DNA from: Candidatus Moanibacter sp.
Lineage (GTDB): Bacteria > Verrucomicrobiota > Verrucomicrobiia > Opitutales > UBA2987
DNA length: 64,000 nt
Direction of reading: 5' to 3'
Assembly: GCA_965215885.1 (NCBI GenBank)
Contig: CBDCEW010000101.1
Coordinates: 115,569 to 179,568, forward strand
The position numbers and the translations under genes are program-made. Positions within the stretch are counted from its first letter, which is position 1, and each line of letters starts with the position of its first letter. A model generated the notes under the pieces. The model had not been told where the DNA came from. It did no database searches and saw only the letters and a program-made list of their open reading frames with translations. Shown in pieces: positions 1-10,470 of this stretch.

Positions 1-1263
1 TTTACATATGATTTCTGCTGTCTTCGACTTGAAATTGCAAAAAGCCTTGTGGACTCTCAAAAATTTCGAGGGTCCAAATCATGTATACAGGCCGATTCGT
101 TTTTTCTCAAATCATAGATTATCTTCCGCGCCATCAGTTCCATCGTTGCGTCCAATGCTACGGAGGCGACTACAAAGTTCAAAAGTTCAGTTGCTTCGAA
201 CAATTTCTCTGCATGGGTTTTGCCGAGTTGACCTACCGGGAGAGTCTGCGCGACATCGAAACCTGCCTGCGGGCAGTACAACCAAAACTATACCACGCAG
301 GGATTCGAAGCGGAGTATCCAAAAGCACGCTCGCCGATGCCAACGAGAAACGAGACTGGCGCAGCTACGCCGACTTTGCACAGGTCCTCATCGCAATGGC
401 TCGTCCTTTGTATTCAAACGAGGATCTGGGCATCGACCTGGACAATACGCTCTACGCTCTGGACTCCACCACGATCGATCTATGTCTATCACTCTTCCCG
501 TGGGCACGTTTCCGCAAGCACAAGGGGGCGGTGAAGGTCCATACGCTTCTCGATCTCAGAGGCTCTATCCCTTATTTTATCGAGATTACCGATGGAAAAG
601 TTCACGACGTAAACATTCTGGATCTCATCATCCCCGAGGCCGGTGCTTACTATGTAATGGACCGAGCCTATCTGCATTACGAGCGCCTCTATCGGATCGC
701 ACAATGCGGTTCTTTCTTCGTCACACGCGCCCGCCGCGGCTTTCAGTTTCGCCGCCTCTACTCTCAAAAGGTCGACAAATCAACCGGTCTGCGTTCGGAC
801 CAGACCGTTGCCCTGGTCAGCTTCTATCCTGCCAAGGCCTACCCCGAAAGACTCCGGCGTATCACTTACCTCGACCCCGACAGTTCCGAGCGCTTCGTGT
901 TTCTCACCAACCAGTTTGCCCTCCCAGCCATAATCATCACCCAGATTTACCGTTTACGCTGGCAGATCGAATTGTTCTTCAAATGGATCAAACAGCACTT
1001 GCGCATCAAGAGCTTTTTCGGCACCTCCGAGAATGCTGTGAAGACTCAAATCTGGATTGCCGTCAGCGTCTATGTGCTCATCGCCATCATCCGCAAACGC
1101 CTTCGCCTGGAGATCAGTTTGCACAAAATCCTACAGATTCTCAGCTTCACCCTATTTGAGAAAACTCCTATGACTGAACTACTTACAGAAACCGATTACA
1201 CTTTCAATGAACACCGCATTCCTAAACAGTTGGAGTTGTTTGACTTATAACCGGACAGTACTG
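1..1263 (+). mobile_element. IS4-family insertion sequence; left end probably lies outside the window
   Basis: Intact DDE transposase followed immediately by a terminus-like sequence (ccggacagtactg, 1251-1263). No matching left inverted repeat seen in 1-80. Confidence 0.75.
81..1250 (+). CDS. IS4-family transposase (DUF4372-like N-terminus plus DDE domain)
   Basis: 389 aa; motifs ALDSTTIDL, VMDRAY and YRLRWQIELFFKWIKQ (YREK-type signature). Confidence 0.93.
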   Translation: MYTGRFVFSQIIDYLPRHQFHRCVQCYGGDYKVQKFSCFEQFLCMGFAELTYRESLRDIETCLRAVQPKLYHAGIRSGVSKSTLADANEKRDWRSYADFAQVLIAMARPLYSNEDLGIDLDNTLYALDSTTIDLCLSLFPWARFRKHKGAVKVHTLLDLRGSIPYFIEITDGKVHDVNILDLIIPEAGAYYVMDRAYLHYERLYRIAQCGSFFVTRARRGFQFRRLYSQKVDKSTGLRSDQTVALVSFYPAKAYPERLRRITYLDPDSSERFVFLTNQFALPAIIITQIYRLRWQIELFFKWIKQHLRIKSFFGTSENAVKTQIWIAVSVYVLIAIIRKRLRLEISLHKILQILSFTLFEKTPMTELLTETDYTFNEHRIPKQLELFDL

Positions 1264-1572
1264 GTATTTCATCAGTTCTTAGCGTTGTATCCTTTTTTGA
1301 GTTGTGGGCAGCCGTTGATGGCTCCCTTTCACACCAGGTCGAACCGCGATCAACGAAATCGACACCTCACAGACGATTTCTTCGATTTTTTCCCGTGAGT
1401 ATCATTATTCCGCTGTCTGCATTAACTCCCTCTTTCCGATCTTCCCGAACTTTCTGTGAAAATCTCTTAATCACTTGTCCAAACATCGACTGCCAAACGT
1501 CCCTCATCGTCTCAAAAGTCGCCGGAAAGGAGCAAACCACCAGGCCGAAAAGAGCGAGTTCATGATCTGTTC

Positions 1573-2928
1573 TCATTTCTCCTGTTCGTGATCGAGGTCG
1601 AACAGCTCTTCACGGAGAGGCGTGAGTCGTGTACTGAGGTATTCTTCGATCCAGATCGGTTCCACAAGCCCGGCAAAACTCATTTTCACTTCTTCGGCAA
1701 CCTCGTCCGCTTCTCCGAGGATGTCACGTAACTTGCTCAGGCTCTTACTCGCCATACGTGAACCGCTTCGACGCGCGTCCTTACGGCAAAATACAACCTG
1801 TTCGCGTAACGATTGGATGGATTGCCAGCCTCGTTGGCGAATGGCTGCTAGATTTTCCATGGCTGTTTTGCAGGATTCGAAGCGATCCCTTTCGCCGAGT
1901 TCTTCCAGGGCAGATATGCAAGCATCAATGCCGCCTTCAGGTGGCCGGCCATCGTGCATGATTACTCCAATGTTGACTAACGAGTCGAGTGAGGCATCAA
2001 TGGTCTCACACTGCACACGATCGGTGGAGTAACGGCTCCATCCGGTGGCAATGACACCCACATATCCATAGCGCTGCGCAATTTCCATCCAGGCGAGAGC
2101 ATTGCGCTCCCGCTCTTGGATATCCGGGCGATCGATATTGTGGCCATCGGCTCCCTTATATGCCGTGCCGCCCCACAGAGTGATATTGTGGTCGTGAAAG
2201 CGTTTGATGTATTTGGTGCTGAAATGAAGGTCCGTTGTGTCTGGATGGCCTGAATATCCCCACGTCAGAAGATCACTCTTGGCGGCAAGAACTCTCAATG
2301 CGTCAGTTTCCCAGTTGATCATCATATCGTGCCACAGAATTGGCCGGATACCTCGGGCATTGAGACTGTCCAAGATTGGCTCCACGTGCTGTAGGTAAAG
2401 CGCCCCCTTTCCGTGTTCATCTATGTAGACCTTGGTTTGTGGGTGTTTTCCCATACTCCAGGCTTCATCACCCCCGAGATGGAAATAGCGGACCTCCGGC
2501 AGGAGATTAAGAACGTCATCCACCATCCTCTGGACCAGGTCGCGGGCGCCAGTAGCCAACGGATTAAGCACAGAGGAGTCATCAGGCTCCTCACGAAAGT
2601 GTTCGTAACCGGGAACACTGAGAGGCGTTTCCATGTGTCCCAGACACTGCACCAGAGGAATGATTTCGAGACCGAGAGTCCGCGCCGCCTCTTGAAAATG
2701 ACGGATATCCTCAGCCGTGTATGCTGTGGGACTGCGAAACCGTTCGTCCACAGTCCAGGGAAAAGTGTCTTCCCACTCGACCGAGACGGCATTGTAGTGT
2801 GCGGCTGCAAACAGTTTCAGAAGCTCCCGAAACCGGTTGGCCGTCGGAGGCATCCCCTTCAGGTCCAGATGAACGCCACGCGTAGGGATGATTGGTTGTG
2901 CCGCTCTGAATAATTCACTACCCGTCAT
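1573..2928 (-). CDS. Glycoside hydrolase family 20 (hexosaminidase D-like)
   Basis: RGVHLDLKG, EWEDTFPW, IIPLVQCLGHME and the catalytic FHLGGDEAW motif. Confidence 0.88.
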   Translation of the reverse strand: MTGSELFRAAQPIIPTRGVHLDLKGMPPTANRFRELLKLFAAAHYNAVSVEWEDTFPWTVDERFRSPTAYTAEDIRHFQEAARTLGLEIIPLVQCLGHMETPLSVPGYEHFREEPDDSSVLNPLATGARDLVQRMVDDVLNLLPEVRYFHLGGDEAWSMGKHPQTKVYIDEHGKGALYLQHVEPILDSLNARGIRPILWHDMMINWETDALRVLAAKSDLLTWGYSGHPDTTDLHFSTKYIKRFHDHNITLWGGTAYKGADGHNIDRPDIQERERNALAWMEIAQRYGYVGVIATGWSRYSTDRVQCETIDASLDSLVNIGVIMHDGRPPEGGIDACISALEELGERDRFESCKTAMENLAAIRQRGWQSIQSLREQVVFCRKDARRSGSRMASKSLSKLRDILGEADEVAEEVKMSFAGLVEPIWIEEYLSTRLTPLREELFDLDHEQEK

Positions 2929-3085
2929 CTTTTCCCCTTCTCCGTTGTTCTTATCAAACGTTTAGTATTGTATCCGGCGTATCGGCGAAGCGGGATGCCG
3001 GAAACAATCTGTTAGCGATCATGTTTCGACAAGCTTGTATTCTTTTTTCACTTCACGCTTTTGACTAGGAATCATGTGATGCGAA

Positions 3086-3259
3086 TCATGGTATGATCCA
3101 GGATTCCGGGATATCCAGTCCGAAGCCGGGAGCATCGCTGGGTGTCAGCCGGCCATTTTTTGGAATGGGTGTTCCCGGTAGGCGGGGAAGCTCTTCGAGC
3201 GGGACTCCGGGCTCTGAGCCCACGAAATATTCTGCCCACGGTAGGGACGGCGTAGCGAT
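3086..3259 (-). pseudogene. Orphan 3' end of an enolase-superfamily dehydratase (paralog of 18356-19522)
   Basis: IATPSLPWAEYFVGSEPGVPLEELPRLPGTPIPKNGRLTPSDAPGFGLDIPESWI closely matches the C-terminus of 18356-19522. The 5' part is absent. Confidence 0.85.
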
Positions 3260-3369
3260 CGTTCTCCTCCTCGAAGTCTTGGCTAAAACTTGGCAGGAAC
3301 CCACCCCTAACCCCTCCTGGGAGGGGAACGCTGATCAGATAACGGTGTAGGGATGGTATTAGTAATATT

Positions 3370-3560
3370 GATCTCTCCGTCGTAATCATAATCGTAATCT
3401 AAATTCGAAAGAAGAAAGCTCGACGGGAGATCACGATTTAGAGTCACGATGGGAAGAGGGGAGCCGATTGGATCTTTCGTCGTGAATCGTAATCGTGATC
3501 TAAAATCGAAAGAGGACAAGATCGACTTGAGATCACGATTTAGAGTCACGACGGAAGAGG
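3370..3560. repeat. Structured intergenic array with 6-bp periodicity, about 100-bp unit present twice
   Basis: tcgtaatcataatcgtaatctaaattcgaaa...gatcacgatttagagtcacgat is followed by tcgtgaatcgtaatcgtgatctaaaatcgaaa...gatcacgatttagagtcacgac. A homologous copy lies at about 55511-55640. Confidence 0.85.
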
Positions 3561-3592
3561 AGGGTCGCAATACGAGGAAGCCTGCATCAATA

Positions 3593-5236
3593 CTACCGCC
3601 ATTCGTCAACAGAGATACTTTTCCTGTATTTGCAACCCATGATTCGCCAGTAGCCGTTCGTTTCTCCGCCTACCACGACGACTTCTATTTGATCCTTCGG
3701 GAATATCCGGATGTGTTCGGTGTCCGCGGCTTTGAGCATCGTGGCATAGGGCTCGACTCCCTTGAGAGCCCTTGGGTAAATGTAATTCTGGACGAGTTGA
3801 TAATCCCAATAAATGCCGGCTGGCATTGTGGCGTTTTCGTGCACCCAATCGATCAGCTTTTCTTTGGTGTCAAGCCCGCCGCGGTCGACAAATTGTCGCG
3901 CGGTGATGGGATCGAGGACGAGAGTCGGGGGACTGTGCGGGTTCATGCCGACGAGCAGGTTACGCACGTGCTCGCGCCAGAATTTTTCCCGCAGCCCCAA
4001 ATGAAATGACGTGGACCGACAGCCCGAGAAGGCGCTGACGACGCTATCATCTTTCTTAAAACCATGTTGTTCGTGAAACGGCACCCAGGGACTTCCGTCC
4101 TCATTCTCCGCGAACGTTATGCTATTGTAAGCGTAGTTATTGCCTTGAGATCCAAGGTAGGTCACCTCCGGCAGGGAACCCCCTTGAAGATTCTGAGAGA
4201 GGAGACCGTAGGAGCGACCGATGGTGGCGTTGGCGTGGTTGTACGGCCCCATGGCTCCGATACCCCAATTCATGCCGATCTCATGGCGGATAGGGCCGTT
4301 GACGACAGCCATGCCCGCCGCTGAACTCGTGGTGCTGGCTCGCGCCGTGGCCTCGGTAGCGGCAAGAGCGAGGATCACCGGGAAGTACTCCGGTTTCGCG
4401 CCGGCCATGACGGCGTTTACGGCCACTTTCTCAACGGTGTATTCCCAGGCCTCGCGCCCGGCAGTCGGCCGCATGCGACCCACCACTTGGTCCGGACTCC
4501 GGCTCGTTCCCTTCAGCATATCCGCGACCCGTTCCTCGGTAGGGAGGATGATGGGCAGTTTGTCGGTCCAGTTCTTTTCCAGGAAGAGCTGATGCAGGTT
4601 TTCTTCCGTGTCCGGGTCGACGAACCGAGGTGTTGATCGATCGAAGCGCACTTGCCTGGTCTCCGCATCCGAGAGTGGAGTTGCAAGAGCGTCCAACACT
4701 ACCTGCATAAATGGCTGCCCGGTGATGGCGTCTGCGCCGTCGACATAAGCGCGCAGCTCGGTGGGCGACTTCCCCATAACCGGTTGGGGCACAAAGGCGA
4801 ATCGCTGTTTGGGCATGCCCCGTTGCATGGACGAGGCCCGCACCAGGGGTTCAAAGATGTTCGTTTGGACGGAGGCCGTTGGGACCCCGTATTCAGTCTC
4901 GAGAATGAAGCATTGGTCGGCGACCGCCGGCGCACAGGTGCTTCAGTGGCCGACTCCGACTATCGCGGCAGCCCCTCGGGATTGAATCTCCTCGTAAAGT
5001 TTCGGATCCCGCTCAGTGTAGACACCCTCCTTGCTCCGCAGCTCAGTCTTCACCGAAGGCATGTGCTCCGAAAACCAGCCCTGCATCTGCTCCATGAGGA
5101 TGTCGCCGTCATCGAAGCGGCAGTCGACGAGATAAACCGTTTTACCCTCCAGACTTTCCATTCTCGGCGCCATTCCCATCTGCGTGATTTGGGGCGGATA
5201 CCCCATCGGATTCATTACTTCAATTTCGTTGCCCAT
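3593..5236 (-). CDS. Predicted selenoprotein, 547 aa: UGSC-type thioredoxin-like domain (U98-S-T-C) fused to a large domain of unknown function
   Basis: ORFs 4943-5236 and 3593-4843 are in frame, separated by one TGA (4945-4943) and 33 open codons: AIVGVGH*STCAPAVADQCFILETEYGVPTASVQTNIFEPLVRASS. AGAGG precedes the ATG at 5236; no Shine-Dalgarno precedes GTG 4843. Confidence 0.85.
4906..4945 (-). promoter_or_regulatory. Candidate bacterial SECIS hairpin
   Basis: mRNA UGAAGCA-CCUGUGCGC-CGGC-GGUC-GCCG-ACCAA-UGCUUCA. UGAAGCA pairs with UGCUUCA, and the upper stem CGGC/GCCG closes a G-containing loop starting 18 nt after the UGA. Confidence 0.7.
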
Positions 5237-5462
5237 GACTGACCTCTTTTATGTTCTTACCGATTCTTTTTAGGACGGCTGTAGATTGAAAGGATCTACG
5301 AGTTTTTTCAATCTTTAACCCATTTATCTTTTAAGATTGTTTGGTCTAAAGTTTGCAAGATCAGCGGGTTAGGGTAGCTGAACCCCGGGTTGTGCGTGTT
5401 TAGCGTGATTTGAAGCTGCCCCGGTCTTGCGCCGGGGACCAGCTAACAGAATGACGTAAGTC

Positions 5463-5629
5463 GTCGACAAGGTTCGGGAGTGAGGTTCGCGACCCGTCGT
5501 CGCTCTGCTTTGCCGAGGCATGCAAGGTTACCCAAGGGAAGTAGGAGTTTCCTTCTGCATTCGCGTCCATCTGCGTACATCTGCGGTTCTCTTCTTCTCT
5601 TTTTTTGGTTGCGGCTACGCTGCGCCAGG
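5463..5629. repeat. Composite intergenic repeat (inverted copy at 20066-20185; 5' part also at 36941-37004)
   Basis: gtcgacaaggttcg...ccaagggaagtaggagttt...cattcgcgtccatctgcgtacatctgcggttctcttcttc...ggttgcggctacgctgcgccagg, including a 9-bp-period run. Confidence 0.85.
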
Positions 5630-5840
5630 TCATCCGTGGTTGGAATTTTTAGTTTCCTTTTCCACTCCCTGGTTGGTCCTGCGTTCCGATCTCAGAAACG
5701 AGGAAACACTTTGGTTTTCATACAGCATGAAGAAGATTGATCTTCCTCTTTATCGGTTTTGCTTTCAGATTCCTGGCATGCGAGGATCTTTGGAATTTTC
5801 CGGATCGTTCCCGGAGCGTTAATCGAGCACAGGAGAAACA

Positions 5841-7280
5841 ATGCCTAAAGTTGTAATCGTGGGTGCGGGGAGCCTGGTGTTTTCCAGCCGGTTGACCGCT
5901 GATATTCTTTCATTCGATCAGACTCGTGAGACGGAGTTTGCCCTCGTCGACATCGACGAGGAGCGTCTCGCATACGCGAGCAGGATCATCGAACGGATCT
6001 TTGAAGGGGGCGGATACGACAACGCCTCCTACACTGCCACCACTGACCGGCGAGAGGCATTGCCGGGTGCTGACTACGTGATCAGCAGCCTTCTCGTGGG
6101 AGGGTACGAAGCAATCGAGAAGGAGATCGATATTTCCATGAGATATGGGGTGGATCAGTGCATCGGCGACACCTTGAACCCGGGCGGAATTTTGAGGTGT
6201 CTGCGCACGCTTCCCCATCAGGCGGGGATCGCACAGGATATCATGGAACTCTGTCCCGATGCCCTCCTGCTGAATTACACCAATCCGATGTCCATGCTCT
6301 GCTGGGGGATGTACCGGCAGGCGACGGGAATCAAACTGGTGGGACTTTGTCACTCCGTTCAACACACAACGAAACAATGGGCGAAGCGCTTGGGGCTCGC
6401 TTTCGCAGACATTCAATGGAAATGCGCGGGGATCAATCACCAGGCCTGGATTTACCAGTACAGGAAAAATGGCGAAGACCTGCTACCGAGGATCCGCGAA
6501 CTGGCGGTCCAGCCCGAGATCTGGCTGGGGGATGCCGTGCGAATGGAGTATGTCAAGCATCTGGGATACCCGGTCACCGAATCGAGCGGGCACTGCTCCG
6601 AGTACACACCGTGGTGGCGAAAGCGTCAGGAGCTGATCGATAAGTATTGTCCTGACAACGACCCGTGGAACGGGAAGAGCGGGTTTATAAAGGACCTCTA
6701 CGCAAGGCCGGACTGGAAAGAGCAGATGGAACGGATGGCCAGCGGCGAGGAACCGGTGAATCTCGAACGCAGTCACGAATACGGATCCCAGATCATCAAT
6801 GCCTGTGAAGGGGGCGATCCGGTGGTGATTCACGGAAACGTGGAGAACACCGGGTTGATCGACAACCTGCCGGAGGGCTGTTGTGTGGAAGTTCCAATCT
6901 ACGTCGATCGAAACGGGCTACAGCCGATGTGCGTGGGTGAGCTACCGATGCACCTGGCGGCGATCAACCGGAACCAGGTAACGATGCAGGAGTTGGCGGT
7001 GGAGGCCGCTATCACGGCTGACCCGGAGCTTGTCTTTCAGGCCTTTTCCATGGATCCCTTGACCGCGACGGTGCTCACTCTTGACGAGATTCGCGAGATG
7101 ACGCGGGAGTTACTCGAGGCCCTGGCGTTCTGTTTACCGACATTCGAAGGAAAGCAACTCTCCCTGAAACCATACATGGTGGGATCGACGGCGGAGAGTG
7201 TCGAACGGCATGAGGACGACGCGGAGAAGCGCGCGCCGATCGAGAATGAAAAGAAAAGAGGGGTCACAGAGCTTCACTGA
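5841..7280 (+). CDS. melA: GH4 NAD+-dependent alpha-galactosidase-like glycosidase
   Basis: VIVGAGSLVF, DQCIGDT, LLNYTNPM, GLCHS, AGINH, ESSGH motifs; AGGAG ribosome-binding site. Confidence 0.88.
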   Translation: MPKVVIVGAGSLVFSSRLTADILSFDQTRETEFALVDIDEERLAYASRIIERIFEGGGYDNASYTATTDRREALPGADYVISSLLVGGYEAIEKEIDISMRYGVDQCIGDTLNPGGILRCLRTLPHQAGIAQDIMELCPDALLLNYTNPMSMLCWGMYRQATGIKLVGLCHSVQHTTKQWAKRLGLAFADIQWKCAGINHQAWIYQYRKNGEDLLPRIRELAVQPEIWLGDAVRMEYVKHLGYPVTESSGHCSEYTPWWRKRQELIDKYCPDNDPWNGKSGFIKDLYARPDWKEQMERMASGEEPVNLERSHEYGSQIINACEGGDPVVIHGNVENTGLIDNLPEGCCVEVPIYVDRNGLQPMCVGELPMHLAAINRNQVTMQELAVEAAITADPELVFQAFSMDPLTATVLTLDEIREMTRELLEALAFCLPTFEGKQLSLKPYMVGSTAESVERHEDDAEKRAPIENEKKRGVTELH

Positions 7281-7307
7281 GAAGCACAGAGGACCACGGA
7301 GGTTGAA
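7257..7307. repeat. 9-bp-period repeat overlapping the GH4 stop codon; inverted copy at about 20231-20280
   Basis: cacagagcttcactgagaagcacagaggaccacggag versus the reverse complement of ctccgtggtcctctgtgcttctcggtgatctctgtg. Confidence 0.8.
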
Positions 7308-7410
7308 AATGGTTCTGTGGAGAAGAGGAATAAACAGAAGGCAACAGAGAGAAACGGCGACGGGGAGACGCAACGAAAACAGAGTGGGGGAAGCGGTGAA
7401 GCGACCGGAC

Positions 7411-7498
7411 CTTTGTCGTAAGCTTCGTCGTCAACTTTGTCGCTAGCTTTGTCGCGGAATTCGGTCACTTTCTTGAGGAAGCTTTCGATGAAGTTTGG
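7411..7498. repeat. Orphan 12-bp-period array of the family that flanks the four-helix-bundle gene
   Basis: tcgtaagcttcg-tcgtcaactttg-tcgctagctttg-tcgc, followed by a degenerate inverted arm (gaggaagctttcgatgaagtttg). Confidence 0.8.
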
Positions 7499-7819
7499 GT
7501 GTTCTGTAAAGAAGCTGATTGAATCCCGGCAAGTCTGGAGAAACTGAGGGTTACAGGGAGAAAAAAATTCTCACGCAACGGTCTTCGACCCGCAAGCGGC
7601 ACTACGCCCTGTCGAGAAGCCGCAAAGTAGGGAATGGAGATTAGAATCGTATGGGAGAATATCCCAAGAGGGTGATGGCAACGGATAAGGGCAGTGCAGC
7701 GGATAGAGGGATGTAGTTTTCGGCTTGGTGCAAATCCTACTGTAGAGGAACGCGGGAGCGTTTCTCTTGAATCGATCAGCGATTATACCTTAATCTCGAA
7801 GGGAAACAAACATCGAATC

Positions 7820-8686
7820 ATGACTACCGAAAATCATACCACGACGATAGATAAATCCGACAGCTTACCTGATACCGAGCCGGTTCCCATGACACCGGAG
7901 CAAGAGTTCTTCTTCGACCTCCGTGGATGGATATTGCTGCCTTCCGTATTGTCGGGGGCGGAGATTGACGAGATGAAGGCGGAGGTATACGCGGGCGCCA
8001 AGAAAGGTTACGAGGGTGCGCTGCAGCGACTCCTGGATCATCCGGCGATTGCAGGAATCCTCTCCGAGATCTTGTGCGAGGATCCGTACGTTTCGGACGA
8101 ATGCTACGGTTTTCGGTGCGAGAGCTCCTTCACGACGGTTCGGCCGCCCGGATGGAGCATGACGGAGCGGGGTGACGGCGGTCGGGCCCACGTCGTGCGT
8201 CCTCCCCAACAGGCCAATGCCATGCGCTACCAAGTGGCGGGGGGCAAGATTTTCGCCGGACTGACCCGGGTGGTATGGGAGTTGGAAGAGGTAAAAGCCG
8301 GTCAAGGCGGCACCTCCTTCCTCAGTGGCTCACACAAGGCTCATTTCAACTACGGTGGCCCGAACCGGTACCAGCCGAATACCGACGGCTCGCCCTGGAA
8401 AGATAACATCAGGGCCATGATGGAGGACTACAGTTGCCCTGCGGGATCGGTGGTTGTCTTTACCGAGAGCCTCGTCCACGCCGCCAATAGTTGGACGAAC
8501 CCGGACAATCCGCGGTGTGCCGTCTTCAACTGCTACAACTCGGTCTGGGCGCAGTGGCACCGAACCAATCTCAGTCACGACCTCATCGTGACCATGCCTC
8601 CGAAGCGAAGAACCCTCTTTCGCGGTACCTGGCAACTCGGAGAAGGCGGAAACCGTGAGTATTCGGCTGAGAACCGGGCGCTTTGA
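7820..8686 (+). CDS. Phytanoyl-CoA dioxygenase (PhyH)-like protein
   Basis: FFFDLRGWILLPSVLS, LLDHP, GGTSFLSGSHK, AGSVVVFTESLVH. Start placed at ATG 7820. No canonical HxD motif is apparent. Confidence 0.8.
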   Translation: MTTENHTTTIDKSDSLPDTEPVPMTPEQEFFFDLRGWILLPSVLSGAEIDEMKAEVYAGAKKGYEGALQRLLDHPAIAGILSEILCEDPYVSDECYGFRCESSFTTVRPPGWSMTERGDGGRAHVVRPPQQANAMRYQVAGGKIFAGLTRVVWELEEVKAGQGGTSFLSGSHKAHFNYGGPNRYQPNTDGSPWKDNIRAMMEDYSCPAGSVVVFTESLVHAANSWTNPDNPRCAVFNCYNSVWAQWHRTNLSHDLIVTMPPKRRTLFRGTWQLGEGGNREYSAENRAL

Positions 8687-9030
8687 AGTTGGTACTCCGG
8701 AGATTGAATCGTAGCACACTGTTCCCGCTCGGCGGGAACCAGGAGGCAAAGCAAGTTGCAGGTTGAATTCTATCTCTATCCTTATTCTATCAGCAGTAGA
8801 ATAATTGACTGCGGTTGGGTGAACGGGTGATCGCTCAATCGGAAGATTCAAAAGGAGTCTGCTGAAATACTTTCCACGTTCTGACGAACGCGGCTACCAC
8901 TGGAATTGGAATGAAGGCCGAGACCGCTTACGCGATTGGATATTACCGAATCGAGACTGTAGCTGAAAGCGGAAGTTTTTCGATTCTCGCGAATTCTCGA
9001 GAACGAGGACGATTACGAGGACGAAAGGAA

Positions 9031-9108
9031 TCGTGGGATAAACCCACTCCTACAATCTTTCATGGCAATAGGACCATCGTTTGGTGTAGGAGCGGCTTTA
9101 TGCCGCGA
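9031..9108. repeat. Inverted pair of GTAG-type REP palindromes
   Basis: tcgtgggataaacccactcctac (reverse-strand copy) and gtaggagcggctttatgccgcga. Same family at 34262-34377 and 37034-37128. Confidence 0.8.
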
Positions 9109-9144
9109 TGGAATTTCAGAATGGAAACTCCCCCACCTGGAATC

Positions 9145-10470
9145 TCACCCCATCCTCGGACCATCAACATCACTTCTTTTCGAGCTGTCGTCGCGTTGCC
9201 TCTCGTCATCGATGAGGTCTGAGAGTTCCCTGACGATCTGAGGGTTGTCGGAGGCCTGTTCGATTGTTTCGTAGGGATCTTCCGCGATATTGAAGAGTTC
9301 GGATTCGGTCTCGCCTTCCACCTGGCGGCGGATTAGCTTCCAGTCGCCGCGGCGGATGCCGAGTTGAGCCGCTCCTTTAAAGTTCCAGAAAAATGCGCGT
9401 TCTGCTGGTTGTTCGGCTTCGCCGCTGATCAGGGGCCAGATATCGGCGCCGTCCCATTGCGGATCAGTCTGGGGTTCCGCACCCGTGAGTCTGGTAAATG
9501 TCGGCATCCAGTCAGCGACGTGCACGGGATGATTCATCTTCCCGGGAGAGAGGTGACCACGCCAGTTGATTACAGTCGGCGTTCGTATGCCTCCTTCGTA
9601 GAGCTGTGCCTTCACCCCGCGGAAGGGGAGGTTTGACCCGAGACGAGGATAGGCTTCCTGCCACCCGGGATACATGTCGGTTCCGTGAAGCGGGCAATCG
9701 TTGATAGCGCCGTTATCCGAAGAGAATATCACGATCGTGTTCTCGCGCTGTGTAGTGCGCTCGAGGGCCTCGAGAAGCTCGCCGATCCCCTGGTCCATGT
9801 GACTCGTATAGGCCGCGTACTTCTTGTAAGAGATGTCCTTCGCGGGAACGTCGTCGAAGTTCTCAAACTGATAGCGGTCGAGCCATGACTGAACGGGTTT
9901 CACTGGGACGTGCACGGCGGTAAACGGGACGTAGCAGAACCAGGGACGATTCCGGCTTTCAATCCATTCCGCGGCTTCTCTTACGATCAAATCGGTGACG
10001 TGACCCTTCTCTTCAACCAGGGTGCCGTCCCGGTGCCAGGTGGCGGAGAATTCACCACGTTTGTAGCAGTGATTGTAGGGATCGACACCGCCCGCCAGAC
10101 TTCCGTAGGCGGTGTCGAAACCGTGGTTGTTGGGGCCAAATTGCGGCGATGAACCGAGATGCCATTTGCCGAAGAGACCGGTGTCGTATCCGCGGTTGCG
10201 CATAACGGTAGCGAGAGTCTCGTATCCATCCGGAAGGACGGGGGCGTTGCTCGGGACAGTAGCGTGGGCGCCGAAACGCCCGGGATGGCGCCCTGTCAGG
10301 AGTGCGGCCCGGGTCGGGGTGCACATCGGGCAGACGTAGTGCTGCTCCAGTTCAATTCCATCGGAAGCGAGCCGATCGATGTTCGGGGTCCGGATAGGCG
10401 ACCCGTGCAGACTCAAATCCGCCCATCCGAGGTCATCAGCGAGGATGAAGAGGATGTTGGGGGTGGTCAT
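9145..10470 (-). CDS. Formylglycine-dependent sulfatase (arylsulfatase B-like)
   Basis: PNILFILADDLG, CTPTRAALLTGR, GKWHLG, SSDNG. Start reassigned to ATG 10470 (MTTPNIL). Confidence 0.93.
   Translation of the reverse strand: MTTPNILFILADDLGWADLSLHGSPIRTPNIDRLASDGIELEQHYVCPMCTPTRAALLTGRHPGRFGAHATVPSNAPVLPDGYETLATVMRNRGYDTGLFGKWHLGSSPQFGPNNHGFDTAYGSLAGGVDPYNHCYKRGEFSATWHRDGTLVEEKGHVTDLIVREAAEWIESRNRPWFCYVPFTAVHVPVKPVQSWLDRYQFENFDDVPAKDISYKKYAAYTSHMDQGIGELLEALERTTQRENTIVIFSSDNGAINDCPLHGTDMYPGWQEAYPRLGSNLPFRGVKAQLYEGGIRTPTVINWRGHLSPGKMNHPVHVADWMPTFTRLTGAEPQTDPQWDGADIWPLISGEAEQPAERAFFWNFKGAAQLGIRRGDWKLIRRQVEGETESELFNIAEDPYETIEQASDNPQIVRELSDLIDDERQRDDSSKRSDVDGPRMG

Noticed and set aside
8..1159. 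383-aa ORF overlapping the transposase
   Set aside because: Alternative-frame shadow ORF, Arg/Ser/Pro-rich, with no recognisable motifs.
1302..1576. Small ORFs between the IS and the GH20 gene
   Set aside because: No recognisable similarity.
3086..3259. DGR template/variable repeat pair with 18360-18540
   Set aside because: The differences are not adenine-specific and look like ordinary paralog divergence.
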